DNA from: Thermoleophilia bacterium
GTDB taxonomy: Bacteria; Actinomycetota; Thermoleophilia; Gaiellales; JAICJC01
Assembly (NCBI GenBank): GCA_025928655.1
Contig: JAICJC010000004.1
Location: 1 to 62,245, forward strand
Length of the DNA stretch: 62,245 nucleotides
Reading direction: 5' to 3'
Shown here one piece after another: positions 1 through 9,203 of the stretch; the first letter of the stretch is position 1, and the number at the start of each line of letters is the position of its first letter. The translations under genes and the position numbers were made by a program. The notes below the pieces were generated by a model. That model saw only the letters and a program-made list of their open reading frames with translations, ran no database searches and had not been told where the DNA came from.

Positions 1-123
1 CGCGGCGTCCTGCTCCCCGCGACCATGAAGCTGCTGGGCGACTGGAACTGGTACCTGCCCCAGCCGCTGCGGTGGCTCCCCCGGATCGGCGCCGAGCCCT
101 CCCTGGAGGCGTCCGGCGACTGA
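1..123 (+). CDS. 3' end of MMPL/RND family transporter (partial)
   Basis: Frame 1 reads RGVLLPATMKLLGDWNWYLPQPLRWLPRI...*, a typical MMPL C-terminus; truncated by the window edge. Confidence 0.8.
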   Translation, partial: RGVLLPATMKLLGDWNWYLPQPLRWLPRIGAEPSLEASGD

Positions 124-1324
124 GTCTCCGGGCCTGGGGACGCGTCAGCACCGCCCGCACGCGGCGGTGATCGTCGGCGGTCGCGGCCAGGCCCAGCTTG
201 GCGAAGATGTTCGTGACGTGCTTCTCGACCGCCCGCTCCGTCACCACCAGGCGCGTTGCGATGCCGCGGTTCGAGAGGCCCTCCGCCATCCGCTCGAGCA
301 CCTCCCGCTCGCGCCCGGTCAGGTCGGCCAGCGGGTCGTCGGCCCGGCGGCGGCCGACGAGCTGGGCGACGACCGCCGGGTCGAGGGCCGAGCCGCCGCC
401 GGCGACCCGCCGCACCGCGTCGGTGAACTCGCCCACGTTGGCGACCCGGTCCTTGAGCAGGTAGCCGGTGCCCTCCGCCTGCTCGCTCAGAAGGCCGGTC
501 GCGTACTCCGCCTCGACGTATTGCGACAGCACGAGCACGCCGACCCCGGAGTGGCGCTCCCGGATGCGGCGGGCCGCCTGCAGGCCCTCGTCGGTGTGGG
601 TCGGCGGCATGCGGATGTCGACGATGGCGACGTCCGGCTTTGTGAACCCGACCCGGCGCACGAGATCGTCGGCGTTGTCCACCTGGCCCACCACCTCGAA
701 GCCCTCGCTCTCGAGCAGCCGGGCGATGCCCTCGCGCAGGAGCACCGAGTCCTCCGCCAGCACCACGCGCAGCGCCGCCGGCCCCGAGGGCGCCTCGGGC
801 ACGCCGGCCGCGACCACCTCGAAGACCGGCTGCGGCCGCTCGAAGTCCTTGAGCGCCCACTCGCCCAGGCTGACGACCGACACGCCCGCGGGCATGTCGT
901 CGGCGATCACGGCCCGGGTGGCCTCCGAGAGCAGGATCTGCCCGCCCCGGCCCGACTGGCACAGGCGCGCCGCGAGATGGACGCCGAGGCCGTGATAGCC
1001 CTGCTCGGCCAGCCGCGGCTCACCGGTGTGGAGGGCCATCCGCACCCGCACCATCGCCTCGGCCGGCCAGGGGTGGCCCGCCATCGCCCGCTGCACGTCC
1101 ACCGCGGCGGTGACGCCGTCGCGCGGCGTAGGGAAGGCGATGAAGCTCCCGTCTCCGGCCGTGTCCACCTCCGAGCCGCCGTGCCGCGCGACCACGTCGC
1201 GGAGCAGCCGGCGGTGGTCGCCAAGGACAGCGCCATAGCGGTCGCCGAGCTGCCGGATCAGGCCGGTCGATCCCTCGAGATCCGTGAAGAGCAGCGTGAC
1301 TGTGCCGGTGGGCAGTGAGGACAA
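2..1324 (-). CDS. Class III adenylate/guanylate cyclase - receiver - LuxR HTH fusion regulator (no stop inside window)
   Basis: Translated by hand, absent from the ORF track. TTG start with GGAGG RBS; LPTGTVTLLFTDLEGST, DTAGDG, VHLAARL (cyclase); RVVLAEDSVLLREG, IVDIRMPP, GYLLK (REC); LTGREREVL..MAEGLSN..VEKHVTNIFAKL (LuxR). Confidence 0.85.
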   Translation of the reverse strand, partial: MSSLPTGTVTLLFTDLEGSTGLIRQLGDRYGAVLGDHRRLLRDVVARHGGSEVDTAGDGSFIAFPTPRDGVTAAVDVQRAMAGHPWPAEAMVRVRMALHTGEPRLAEQGYHGLGVHLAARLCQSGRGGQILLSEATRAVIADDMPAGVSVVSLGEWALKDFERPQPVFEVVAAGVPEAPSGPAALRVVLAEDSVLLREGIARLLESEGFEVVGQVDNADDLVRRVGFTKPDVAIVDIRMPPTHTDEGLQAARRIRERHSGVGVLVLSQYVEAEYATGLLSEQAEGTGYLLKDRVANVGEFTDAVRRVAGGGSALDPAVVAQLVGRRRADDPLADLTGREREVLERMAEGLSNRGIATRLVVTERAVEKHVTNIFAKLGLAATADDHRRVRAVLTRPQARRLSRRTPPGRARRRSGGATAAAGAGTSSSRPAASWSRGAGRR

Positions 1325-1398
1325 AGGGCCTCCCTTGGGGGCGCCGATCGTACCGGCCGCCCGCGACCGTGCGCAATCGCGCCGGGTAGCGTGAGCCC

Positions 1399-2752
1399 GT
1401 GACGACGATCGTGTGGCCGCGGAACGACCTGCGCCTGGCGGACAACCCGGCGCTCGCGGATGCCGCCGCCCGCGGGCCGGTGGTGCCCGTCTACATCTGG
1501 GCGCCGGAGGAGGAGGGGGACTGGCCGCCGGGGGCCGCGTCGCGGTGGTGGCTGCACCGCTCGCTGGACGCGCTCGACGCCGGGCTTCGCCGCCACCGGT
1601 CGCGGCTCGTGATCCGGCGCGGGCCGGCGCTCGAGACGCTCCGCGCCCTCGCGGCGGAGACCGGCGCCGGTGCGGTCGCCTGGAACCGCCGGTACGAGCC
1701 CGCCGCGGTCGATCGCGACAGCGCCGTCAAGCGCGAGCTGGGTACGTGCCGCAGCTTCGGCGGGTCGGTGCTGCGCGAGCCGTGGACGCTCGCGACCGGG
1801 GGGGGGCGAGCCGTACCGGGTGTTCACGCCGTTCTGAGGGGCGCTGCGCGCGATGGGCGAGCCGGACGAGCCGCTCCCCGAGCCGGCCCTGCCGGCCCCG
1901 GAGGCGTGGCCCGAGTCGCTCGCGCTCGCCGACCTCGAGCTGCTGCCGCGGATCCCGTGGGACAGCGGCCTGGCCGAGGAGTGGACGCCGGGCGAGGCCG
2001 GCGGGCGGGAACGGTTGGACGACTTCCTGCGCCGCGCCGGCCGGTACGAGGGCGATCGCGACCGGCCGGCGCTGCCCAGCTCCCAGCTCTCCCCACACCT
2101 GCACTTCGGCGAGCTCTCGCCGCGCCAGGTGTGGACGGCGGTGCGCGACGCGGCCGGCCGCGCCGCCGAGCCGTACCTGCACCAGCTCGGCTGGCGCGAC
2201 TTCGCGCACCACCTGCTCTACCACTTCCCGCACACGGCATAGGAGCCCCTGCAGATCGAGTACTGGCACATGCCGTGGCGAAACGACCGCAGCGGGCTCG
2301 AGACGTGGCAGCGGGGCGAGACCGGCTTCCCGCTCGTCGACGCCGGGATGCGCGAGCTGTGGCAGCGGGGATGGCTGCACAACCGGGCGCGGATGGTGAC
2401 CGCGTCCTTCCTGACGAAGGACCTGCTCGTCGACTGGCGGGAGGGCGCGCGCTGGTACTGGGACACGCTCGTCGACGCCGACCTCGCGAACAACACGCTC
2501 GAGTGGCAGTGGGTCGCGGGCAGCGGGGCCGACGCGGCGCCGTACCACCGCATCTTCAACCCCGACACGCAGGCGAGCCGGTTCGATCCCGACGGCGCCT
2601 ACGCCGCCCGCTGGCTGGGCGAGGGACCCCGGCCCGAGCCGATCGTCGACCACGCGCTGGCGCGGCGGCGGGCGCTGGACGCGTACGAGAAGATCAGGCG
2701 CTCCCGGGGTTCGCGGGGCAGGCGACCCGCACCCGGCCGGTCGCCGACGTGA
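1399..2752 (+). pseudogene. phrB: Deoxyribodipyrimidine photolyase, disrupted
   Basis: RNDLRLADNPAL, SQLSPHLHFGELSPR, WQRGETGFPLVDAGMRELW, HNRARM, DADLANN, RIFNP motifs. Frameshift at G9 run 1798-1806, in-frame TGA at 1835-1837 (FTPF*), in-frame TAG at 2240-2242. Confidence 0.85.
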
Positions 2753-3050
2753 TCGCCTCGAAGCCGGTGGACGACCCGACGCCGTGCCCGCGCGGCGCGA
2801 CGCTCCCGCCGCCCGCCGGGCGGCCCGCGTCCGTGAAGCACCGGATCCGCTGGCCGACGCGGACGTCGCGGCCGACGTGGAACGTGTAGGGCCCCGGCCG
2901 CAGGCGCAGCACGCTCGCGCCGGGCGACCCCGCGGGGTCATAGGCGGGCGACGCCGGCCCGGAGCCGGGCGATGACCCGGCCCCGCTCCCGCAGCCGGCG
3001 GCGAGCGCCAGGGCGATCACGAAGGGCGAGCAGCGAAGCCACATGCGCAT
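2694..3050 (-). CDS. Hypothetical putative lipoprotein
   Basis: Hydrophobic N-terminus ending LAAGC (lipobox-like); overlaps the photolyase 3' end. Confidence 0.5.
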   Translation of the reverse strand: MRMWLRCSPFVIALALAAGCGSGAGSSPGSGPASPAYDPAGSPGASVLRLRPGPYTFHVGRDVRVGQRIRCFTDAGRPAGGGSVAPRGHGVGSSTGFEAITSATGRVRVACPANPGSA

Positions 3051-3134
3051 TGGACGGCCCGGCGGCCCGAACGGTTCCCGGGCCGCACGCGGGACCGGCC
3101 GCAGCCGGCCCCGCGCGAACCCGGTACGTGAGGG

Positions 3135-3431
3135 TTACGCCGTCGCGGCGGGCTGCGGATCGGGCCGCACGATCACCGTGTCGGCCACCGGGATGATCTC
3201 GTCGACCGGCAGGTGGGCGCGGCTCGCGTGCTGGCGGATCGCCTCCGGGCTCTCCGCCTCGTAGACGCACACGGTGCCGACCGACCCGGCGCCCTCGTCG
3301 AGGACGTAGCTGCGGATCCAGCGGACGTCGTCGGGCATCTGCTCGCCGACGCGGGTCGAGCGTTCCGCCGCCTCCCCCAGCTCCGCCGCCGAGGACCAGC
3401 CGCTGCGGCGCAGGATCGCGTACAGGTTCAT
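3135..3431 (-). CDS. DUF4242-like small protein
   Basis: ATG with GGAGG RBS; VRWIRSYV...TVCVYEAESPEAIRQHA...LPVDEI pattern. Confidence 0.75.
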   Translation of the reverse strand: MNLYAILRRSGWSSAAELGEAAERSTRVGEQMPDDVRWIRSYVLDEGAGSVGTVCVYEAESPEAIRQHASRAHLPVDEIIPVADTVIVRPDPQPAATA

Positions 3432-3509
3432 GGAGCCTCCTCCGTTGGTGGTGATCTCGCTGGACATCACGCTATGCGTGGCCTGCGGGCCCCACATCGG
3501 GAGGTCTGC

Positions 3510-6137
3510 CTATCTTTTGCCGATGCCGAACCGGGCCGCCTCGGCGGCGGCCTGGCCGCGGGTGGGCACGGCGAGCTTGCGCAGGATCGCCGACACGTGG
3601 TGGCCGACGGTCTTCTCCGACACGTACAGCCGGGCCGCGATCTCGCGATTGCGCAGGCCCTCGCTCACGAGCGCCAGGACGTCCAGCTCGCGCCCGGTGA
3701 GCCCGCCGGGGTTCGCGCGCGTCGCGGCCCGCGGGCCGACCGCGATCCCGCGCACGCCGTGGCGGCTGCGCAGCCGGTGCGCCACCGCGGCGGCCGTGCG
3801 GGCCGCGCCCAGCCTCTCGAGCACCGCCAGGCTCCGCCGCAGCGGCTCCTCGGCCTCCGCGGAGGTGAGCGCGAGCGCCGCCTCGTACGGACAGCCGATC
3901 GCGTCCCACCGGGCCGCGGCGCCCTCGGCGTCGCCGGCGAGCTCGAGCGCCCACGGCTCTGCCAGGTCGGCGGCGGCAAGCTCGTCTCGCAGGCCGACCC
4001 GCCGGCGCCAGACCGCCAGCTCGCCCGCCGCCCACGGGTCGCCGCCGCGCAGGGCAAGGTCGAGCGTCTCCTCGGTCTCGCCTGCGACCAGGTCGACCTC
4101 CCCCGCGAGCCAGCGCGCCTCGGCCCGGGCGGCGGCGACCGGCGCCAGCCGCTGCAGCTCGGCCATCCCCTCGGCCAGGCGCAGCGCCTCGTCGAGGGGA
4201 TCCCAGGCCTCCGGGTCGCCGCGGCGGGTGCGGAGCCGACCGATGACGGTGAGCGGCTTGATCCGGCTGGGGGCGGCCGGGTTGGGGTAGCGGAGCACCG
4301 TCGCCGCGGCCTCCGCCGCCTCGTCCCAGCGACCCTGGTCGAGGTGGGAGCGAGCCAGCCAGCCGGTCATGTAGAGCCGCCACGAGTCGACGTCGTGCTC
4401 TCGGCAGTAGTCGATCCCGCGGCCGAGGTAGTCGTCGGCGCGCGGGTAGTTGCGCACCTCGACGGCCTGCGCGGCGAGGTTCGTGTAGGCGCGGGCGGCG
4501 TGCTCCTCGAGGCCGCCCACGAGGGCGAGGTCGAGGCTGCGCTCGAGCGTCGCCCGCCCCTCCGGGTCGCCGGCCTGGAACCTGGCGGTGCCGACGTTGT
4601 TGAGGGCGTGGACGAGGATCTCGTGCTCGCCGAGCCGCTCGGCCAGCGCGATCGCGCGCTCGCCCCAGACGATCGCATCGCCGGCGTCGCGGGCCAGCAT
4701 CCGCAGCTGCGACATGTTGCTGTAGCCCATCGCCAGCTCGGGGCCGGGCGGGAGGCCCTCGAGCAGATCGAGGGCGGCCCGCGCCTCCCGCTCCGCCGCC
4801 TCGTTCTCGCCCAGGAACCAGCGCAGCCGCGAGGCCCAGCGGTGGGCGTCGCCCTCGCGCAGGCGGTCGCCGCGGAGCCGGTGCGCGGCCAGCGCGCGCA
4901 GCCGCGCCTCGAGCGCCTCCGGCATCTGGTCGGTCAGGTAGCACTCATAGGAGCGGCGCTCGTACAGCGCCGCCCGCTGCTCCGGCGGGAGGCCGTCCGC
5001 CTCGCGCAGCGCCCGCGCGTACTGCTTCGCGGCCTCGCGGTGCGATCCCACGTGCGCGGCCCGCTCGGCGGCGACCGGCGCCCAGCGCAGGACGGCATCG
5101 CGGTCGCCGGCGCCCTCGGCGTGGGAGGCGAGCCGGCCCGGATCGGGCGGCAGCGCCCGCCCGAGCGCGCGCAGGGCGGCCCGGTGCAGCTCCACCCGGT
5201 CGTGCAGCCGCAGCGCGCCGTCGAGCGCGACCCGGGCGATCTCGTGCCGGAACGCGACCGCCGCCCCCTCGGGATGCAGCATGCCGGAGGCGAGGCACTC
5301 CTCCAGCCCGTCCGGGTAGCCCGGGACACACGCCTCGAGCAGCGAGAGCTCGGCCCGGGGCGGGAAGATGGAGACGGCGTCCAGGATCCGGCGGGCGGCC
5401 GCGCCGAGCCGGGCGGCGCGGCCGAGCACGGCGTCGCGCACCGTCTCGGGCATCTCGGCGCCGCCGGCCGCGAGCACCTCGGTGACGAAGAACGGGTTGC
5501 CGCCCGTGCGCCGCGCCAGGGCGTCGGCGTCGACGGACGCGTCGCCGGCGAGCGCCGCGATCGCGGTGGGCGAGAGCGGGCCGAGCGAGAGCCGCCGGAC
5601 GGCCGGCGACGACAGCTCGCCGAGCACGACGCGCAGGGGATGGACGCGGTCGAGGTGGTCGTCGCGGTAGGTCAGGACGACGAGCAGCGGCAGCGCCTCC
5701 AGCCGCCGGCCGAGCAGCCGCACGACGTCGAGGGTGGCCTCGTCGGCCCAGTGCATGTCCTCGACGACGAGCAGCGCCGGCCCGCGCCGGGGCAGCTCCT
5801 CCGACAGCACCGCCAGCACGTCCGCCGGCGTCCCGGCGCGGGCGAGCCGCGCGGCCAGGGGCCCGCCCGAGGCGTCCGCCAGCTCGAGGAACGGCGCCAG
5901 CGGCCTGGGCGTGAACAACGGATCGCAGCCGCCCCGGAACGTGGGCGCATCCGCGTGCGCGTCGTGGAAGGCGCGCAGGAGCGAGGTCTTGCCGATGCCG
6001 GCCTCGCCCGCGATCAGCGCCAGCCGTCCCTCCCGCGCGCCCCGCACGGCGGCGAGCGCCTCCTCGAGCGCCGCCAGCTCCGCACCCCGCTCGAGCAGGC
6101 CTCCGCACCAAACGGGGTCAGACCCCTTCTGGTGCAT
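3510..6137 (-). CDS. LAL-type regulator (AAA ATPase, TPR-like region, LuxR HTH)
   Basis: Walker A GEAGIGKT, VVEDMHWAD, TGGNPFFV, C-terminal LTGRELDVL..GLRNREIA..HHVSAILRKL. Confidence 0.9.
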   Translation of the reverse strand: MHQKGSDPVWCGGLLERGAELAALEEALAAVRGAREGRLALIAGEAGIGKTSLLRAFHDAHADAPTFRGGCDPLFTPRPLAPFLELADASGGPLAARLARAGTPADVLAVLSEELPRRGPALLVVEDMHWADEATLDVVRLLGRRLEALPLLVVLTYRDDHLDRVHPLRVVLGELSSPAVRRLSLGPLSPTAIAALAGDASVDADALARRTGGNPFFVTEVLAAGGAEMPETVRDAVLGRAARLGAAARRILDAVSIFPPRAELSLLEACVPGYPDGLEECLASGMLHPEGAAVAFRHEIARVALDGALRLHDRVELHRAALRALGRALPPDPGRLASHAEGAGDRDAVLRWAPVAAERAAHVGSHREAAKQYARALREADGLPPEQRAALYERRSYECYLTDQMPEALEARLRALAAHRLRGDRLREGDAHRWASRLRWFLGENEAAEREARAALDLLEGLPPGPELAMGYSNMSQLRMLARDAGDAIVWGERAIALAERLGEHEILVHALNNVGTARFQAGDPEGRATLERSLDLALVGGLEEHAARAYTNLAAQAVEVRNYPRADDYLGRGIDYCREHDVDSWRLYMTGWLARSHLDQGRWDEAAEAAATVLRYPNPAAPSRIKPLTVIGRLRTRRGDPEAWDPLDEALRLAEGMAELQRLAPVAAARAEARWLAGEVDLVAGETEETLDLALRGGDPWAAGELAVWRRRVGLRDELAAADLAEPWALELAGDAEGAAARWDAIGCPYEAALALTSAEAEEPLRRSLAVLERLGAARTAAAVAHRLRSRHGVRGIAVGPRAATRANPGGLTGRELDVLALVSEGLRNREIAARLYVSEKTVGHHVSAILRKLAVPTRGQAAAEAARFGIGKR
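6105..6135. repeat. REP-like palindrome GCACCA..GGGGTCAGACCCC..TGGTGC
   Basis: Imperfect inverted repeat with the same core as copies at 16.6-16.86 kb and 34.52 kb. Confidence 0.75.
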
Positions 6138-7732
6138 CAGCCGTCGGCGGTGTGCACGATCGTCCCATCCACGATCGTCATACGGATGGGAACGTCAGGC
6201 AGATCGTCGGCGTCGACGACCACCGGGTCCTCGGCCAGGATCGTCAGGTCGGCGCGCAGGCCGGGGGCGATCCTCCCGCCGAGCGCCGACTCGCCGACCG
6301 TGGCCACGGCGCCCGTCGTATACCCCTCCAGGGCTTCGAGCCCCGACAGCCGCTGGTCGGGCTCGAACGTGCGCCGGCCGGGCGCGCCCGGCTGTCGCCG
6401 CAGCCGCGCCCACGCCATCCCGATCCGGGGGTCGTTCTGGGCGACGGGCCAGTCCGAGCCGAGCGCCAGCGTCGCCCCGGCCCGCAGCAGGTCGCCCGCC
6501 CGCCAGGCCCGGCCCGCCCGCTCCGGCCCGAGCCGCGTGGCCCAGGAGTCCGAGTCGTCCTCCTCCCGCCACTGCATGTGCAGCGGCTGCATCGAGGCGA
6601 TCACCTGCTCGCGCGGGAAGCGGGCCAGATCGGCGTCGGTCGTCGTCTCGATATGCTCGACGCGATGCCGCACGCCCTCGGCTGCGCCGGCGGCCAGGTA
6701 CGCGTCGAGGGCGGCCCGCACGCCCCGCTCCCCGGTCGCGTGCGTCACGCACTGGAAGCCGGCCTGGGCGAAGATCCGCACCGCCTCGGCGTAGCGGTCG
6801 GGGTCGGGCCAGAACGGGGCCAGCCCGTCGCCGAGGGTGTCGGGCTCGTACAGCCACCCCGTGCCGGTGTCGATCACGCCGTCGATGAAGAACTTGGCCA
6901 CACCGCCCCGCCACAGGCGGCCGTGCTCGCCGATGAAGCGGAGCTGGTCGCGCATCTCGTCGAACGACGTCTCGGGCTTCTGCCAGAGCGGCACGATCGC
7001 GCGGACGGTGAGGTCGCCGGCCGCCTCCAGCTCGCGCATCAGGTCGAACGTCGCCGGCGAGCCGTCCATCACGTGGACGCCGGTGACGCCGCCGGCGTTC
7101 AGCGTGCGCAGCGTCCCCACCATGCGCGTGTAGAGCTCGCGCTCCGTCGCCGCCGGGACGACGGCCTCGACGAGCGCCATCGCCCCGGGCTCGCGCAGCT
7201 CGCCGGTCGGAGCGCCGTCGCGCACCACCACCTCGGCGCCCTCGGTGAACTCCACCGGGCCGGTCACGCCCGCGAGCGCCAGCGCGCGGCCGCTCGCGAG
7301 CGCCGTGTGCTGGTCCATGAACCGGATCATGGCCGGGGCTCCGCCGACCGCGTCCTCGATCAGCTCCGAGCCGATCGGGCTGCCTCCGAAGGCCTCGTAG
7401 CTCACGCCCCAGCCGAGCACCCAGTCGTCCGGCCCGGCCCGGCGCCGCTCCGCCTCGAGCGCCGACAGGATCTCGGCGAGGCTGGCACAGCCCGTCAGAT
7501 CGGCGCCCATCACCATGTCGGGCGCGAACGGGTGGATGTGCGCGTCGACGAGCCCCGGCACGACCGTCGCGCCGCCCGCGTCCACGACCTCCGCCGAGCC
7601 GGCCGCCGCGCGCGCCTCCGCCTCCGAGCCGACGGCGACGATCAGGCCGTCGCGGACCGCGACGGCGGACGCCTCCGGCCTGGCCTCGTCGAGCGTCCGC
7701 ACCGAGGCGTTGACGATCGCATACCCCGTCAC
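6137..7732 (-). CDS. Amidohydrolase family 3 (YtcJ-like) metal-dependent hydrolase
   Basis: PGLVDAHIH, KFFIDG, THATG, RHRVEH, GSDWPV motifs. Confidence 0.88.
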   Translation of the reverse strand: MTGYAIVNASVRTLDEARPEASAVAVRDGLIVAVGSEAEARAAAGSAEVVDAGGATVVPGLVDAHIHPFAPDMVMGADLTGCASLAEILSALEAERRRAGPDDWVLGWGVSYEAFGGSPIGSELIEDAVGGAPAMIRFMDQHTALASGRALALAGVTGPVEFTEGAEVVVRDGAPTGELREPGAMALVEAVVPAATERELYTRMVGTLRTLNAGGVTGVHVMDGSPATFDLMRELEAAGDLTVRAIVPLWQKPETSFDEMRDQLRFIGEHGRLWRGGVAKFFIDGVIDTGTGWLYEPDTLGDGLAPFWPDPDRYAEAVRIFAQAGFQCVTHATGERGVRAALDAYLAAGAAEGVRHRVEHIETTTDADLARFPREQVIASMQPLHMQWREEDDSDSWATRLGPERAGRAWRAGDLLRAGATLALGSDWPVAQNDPRIGMAWARLRRQPGAPGRRTFEPDQRLSGLEALEGYTTGAVATVGESALGGRIAPGLRADLTILAEDPVVVDADDLPDVPIRMTIVDGTIVHTADG

Positions 7733-7742
7733 GCGAGAGAGC

Positions 7743-9203
7743 CTACTGCTGTTCGGCGACGAATGCCCGCCAGGCCGCGTACTCGTCCTCGCGGGCGGGC
7801 TCGGACCCCGGGCCGGGATCGACCGTGCGCCCGCCCTCCCCGAGCGACGCGAGGTCGGCGAGCGTCCAGCACCCCGCCCCCACCCCCGCCGCCGCCGCCG
7901 CGCCGAGCGCGGTCGCCTCGGCCGTGGCGGCGATCCGCACGGGGATCCCCAGCACGTCGGCCTGGCGCTGCATCAGCCAGGGGTTTGCGGTCATGCCGCC
8001 GTCGACCCCGAGCGCCGCCGGCGCCAGCCCGGCCGCCCGCAGCGCCTCGACGATGTCACGCACGCGGAAGCAGAGCGACTCGAGCGCCGCCCGCACCAGG
8101 TGCGCGGGCGTCGTGTGCGCGGTCATCCCCGCCCAGGTGGCGCGCGCGTCCGGCCGCCACCACGGCGCTCCCAGGCCGGTCAGCGCGGGCAGGAACCGCA
8201 CCCCGCCCGAGTCGGGCACCGATGCCGCCAGATCGCCGGTGTCCTGCGGCGCGCCGGCGAGGCCGAGCGACACGAGCCAGTCGATGGCCGACCCGGCCGA
8301 GAAGACGCCGCCGTCGAGCGCGTAGTCGCTGCGCCCGGCCACCTGCCATGCGACCGTCGGCAGAAGGCCGGATGCATCGGTCGGCGGCTCCTCGCCCGCG
8401 TGCGCGAGCAGGAAGATCCCGGTGCCGTAGGTGGCCTTGGCCGTCCCGGCCGCCACCGCGCCGTGGCCGGCGAGCGCGGCGGTCTGGTCGACGAGGAGCG
8501 CCCGCAGCGGCAGCGGCCGCTCGACCCCCTCGACCCGCAGGCTGCCCGCGTCGCCGATCGACGGCCCGATCTCGGGGAGCGTCGCCGGGTCGACGCCGAA
8601 CACGTCGCAGAGCTCCCGGCTCCAGCTGCCCGGGCGCACCAGCTCCTGCAGTTGGGTGCGGGCGGCGGTGGACGGCTCGGTGCGGGGCGCGTCCCCGAGC
8701 CGGGCGCACACGTAGGCGTCGAACGTCCCGAACCGGGCCCGTCCAGCGGCGGCCGCGTCGCGCACCGCCTCGCTCTCCCGCAGCAGCCAGGTGATCTTCG
8801 TCGACGAGAAGTAGGGGTCGAGCCGCGTCCCCGCCAGGTCGTGCACGCGATCGCCGGCCCCGGCCGCGGCCAGCTCCTCGACGATCCCCTCCGACCGCCG
8901 GCACGACCACACGATCGCCGGCGCCAGTGGCCGCAGCGTCTCGGCGTCCCAGGCGACGACGCTCTCGCCCTCGTTGTCCAGCCCGACGGCGGTGATCCGG
9001 TCGGAGCCGACGGCCGCCGCCACCTCGGCCAGCGTCTCGGAGACCGACGCGATCACCGCCTCGGCGTCCTTCTCCACCCAGCCCGGCCGCGGATGCTCCA
9101 CCGGCACCCGCCGGTACGCCTGCGCGAGCACGGAGAAGCGCTCGTCGAAGGCGACCGTGCGGGTACCGGTGGTGCCCTGGTCGATGCCGACGACGACCGT
9201 CAG
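7743..9203 (-). CDS. FGGY-family carbohydrate kinase, glycerol kinase-like
   Basis: GIDQGTTGTR, HPRPGWVE, DPYFSSTKI, DQTAAL, KATYGTG, GLGAPWW, VDGGM. Start appears to be a CTG overlapping the permease stop. Confidence 0.85.
   Translation of the reverse strand: MTVVVGIDQGTTGTRTVAFDERFSVLAQAYRRVPVEHPRPGWVEKDAEAVIASVSETLAEVAAAVGSDRITAVGLDNEGESVVAWDAETLRPLAPAIVWSCRRSEGIVEELAAAGAGDRVHDLAGTRLDPYFSSTKITWLLRESEAVRDAAAAGRARFGTFDAYVCARLGDAPRTEPSTAARTQLQELVRPGSWSRELCDVFGVDPATLPEIGPSIGDAGSLRVEGVERPLPLRALLVDQTAALAGHGAVAAGTAKATYGTGIFLLAHAGEEPPTDASGLLPTVAWQVAGRSDYALDGGVFSAGSAIDWLVSLGLAGAPQDTGDLAASVPDSGGVRFLPALTGLGAPWWRPDARATWAGMTAHTTPAHLVRAALESLCFRVRDIVEALRAAGLAPAALGVDGGMTANPWLMQRQADVLGIPVRIAATAEATALGAAAAAGVGAGCWTLADLASLGEGGRTVDPGPGSEPAREDEYAAWRAFVAEQQ

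Noticed and set aside
1835-2242. Stop-codon recoding (TGA=Trp or TAG readthrough) in the photolyase
   Set aside because: TGA and TAG end many normal genes here, and a frameshift co-occurs in the same gene
3213-6794. 1193-aa + strand ORF and other long antisense ORFs (e.g. 167-1318, 9266-10831, 31603-33624)
   Set aside because: Shadow ORFs of high-GC genes on the opposite strand, with no recognisable motifs
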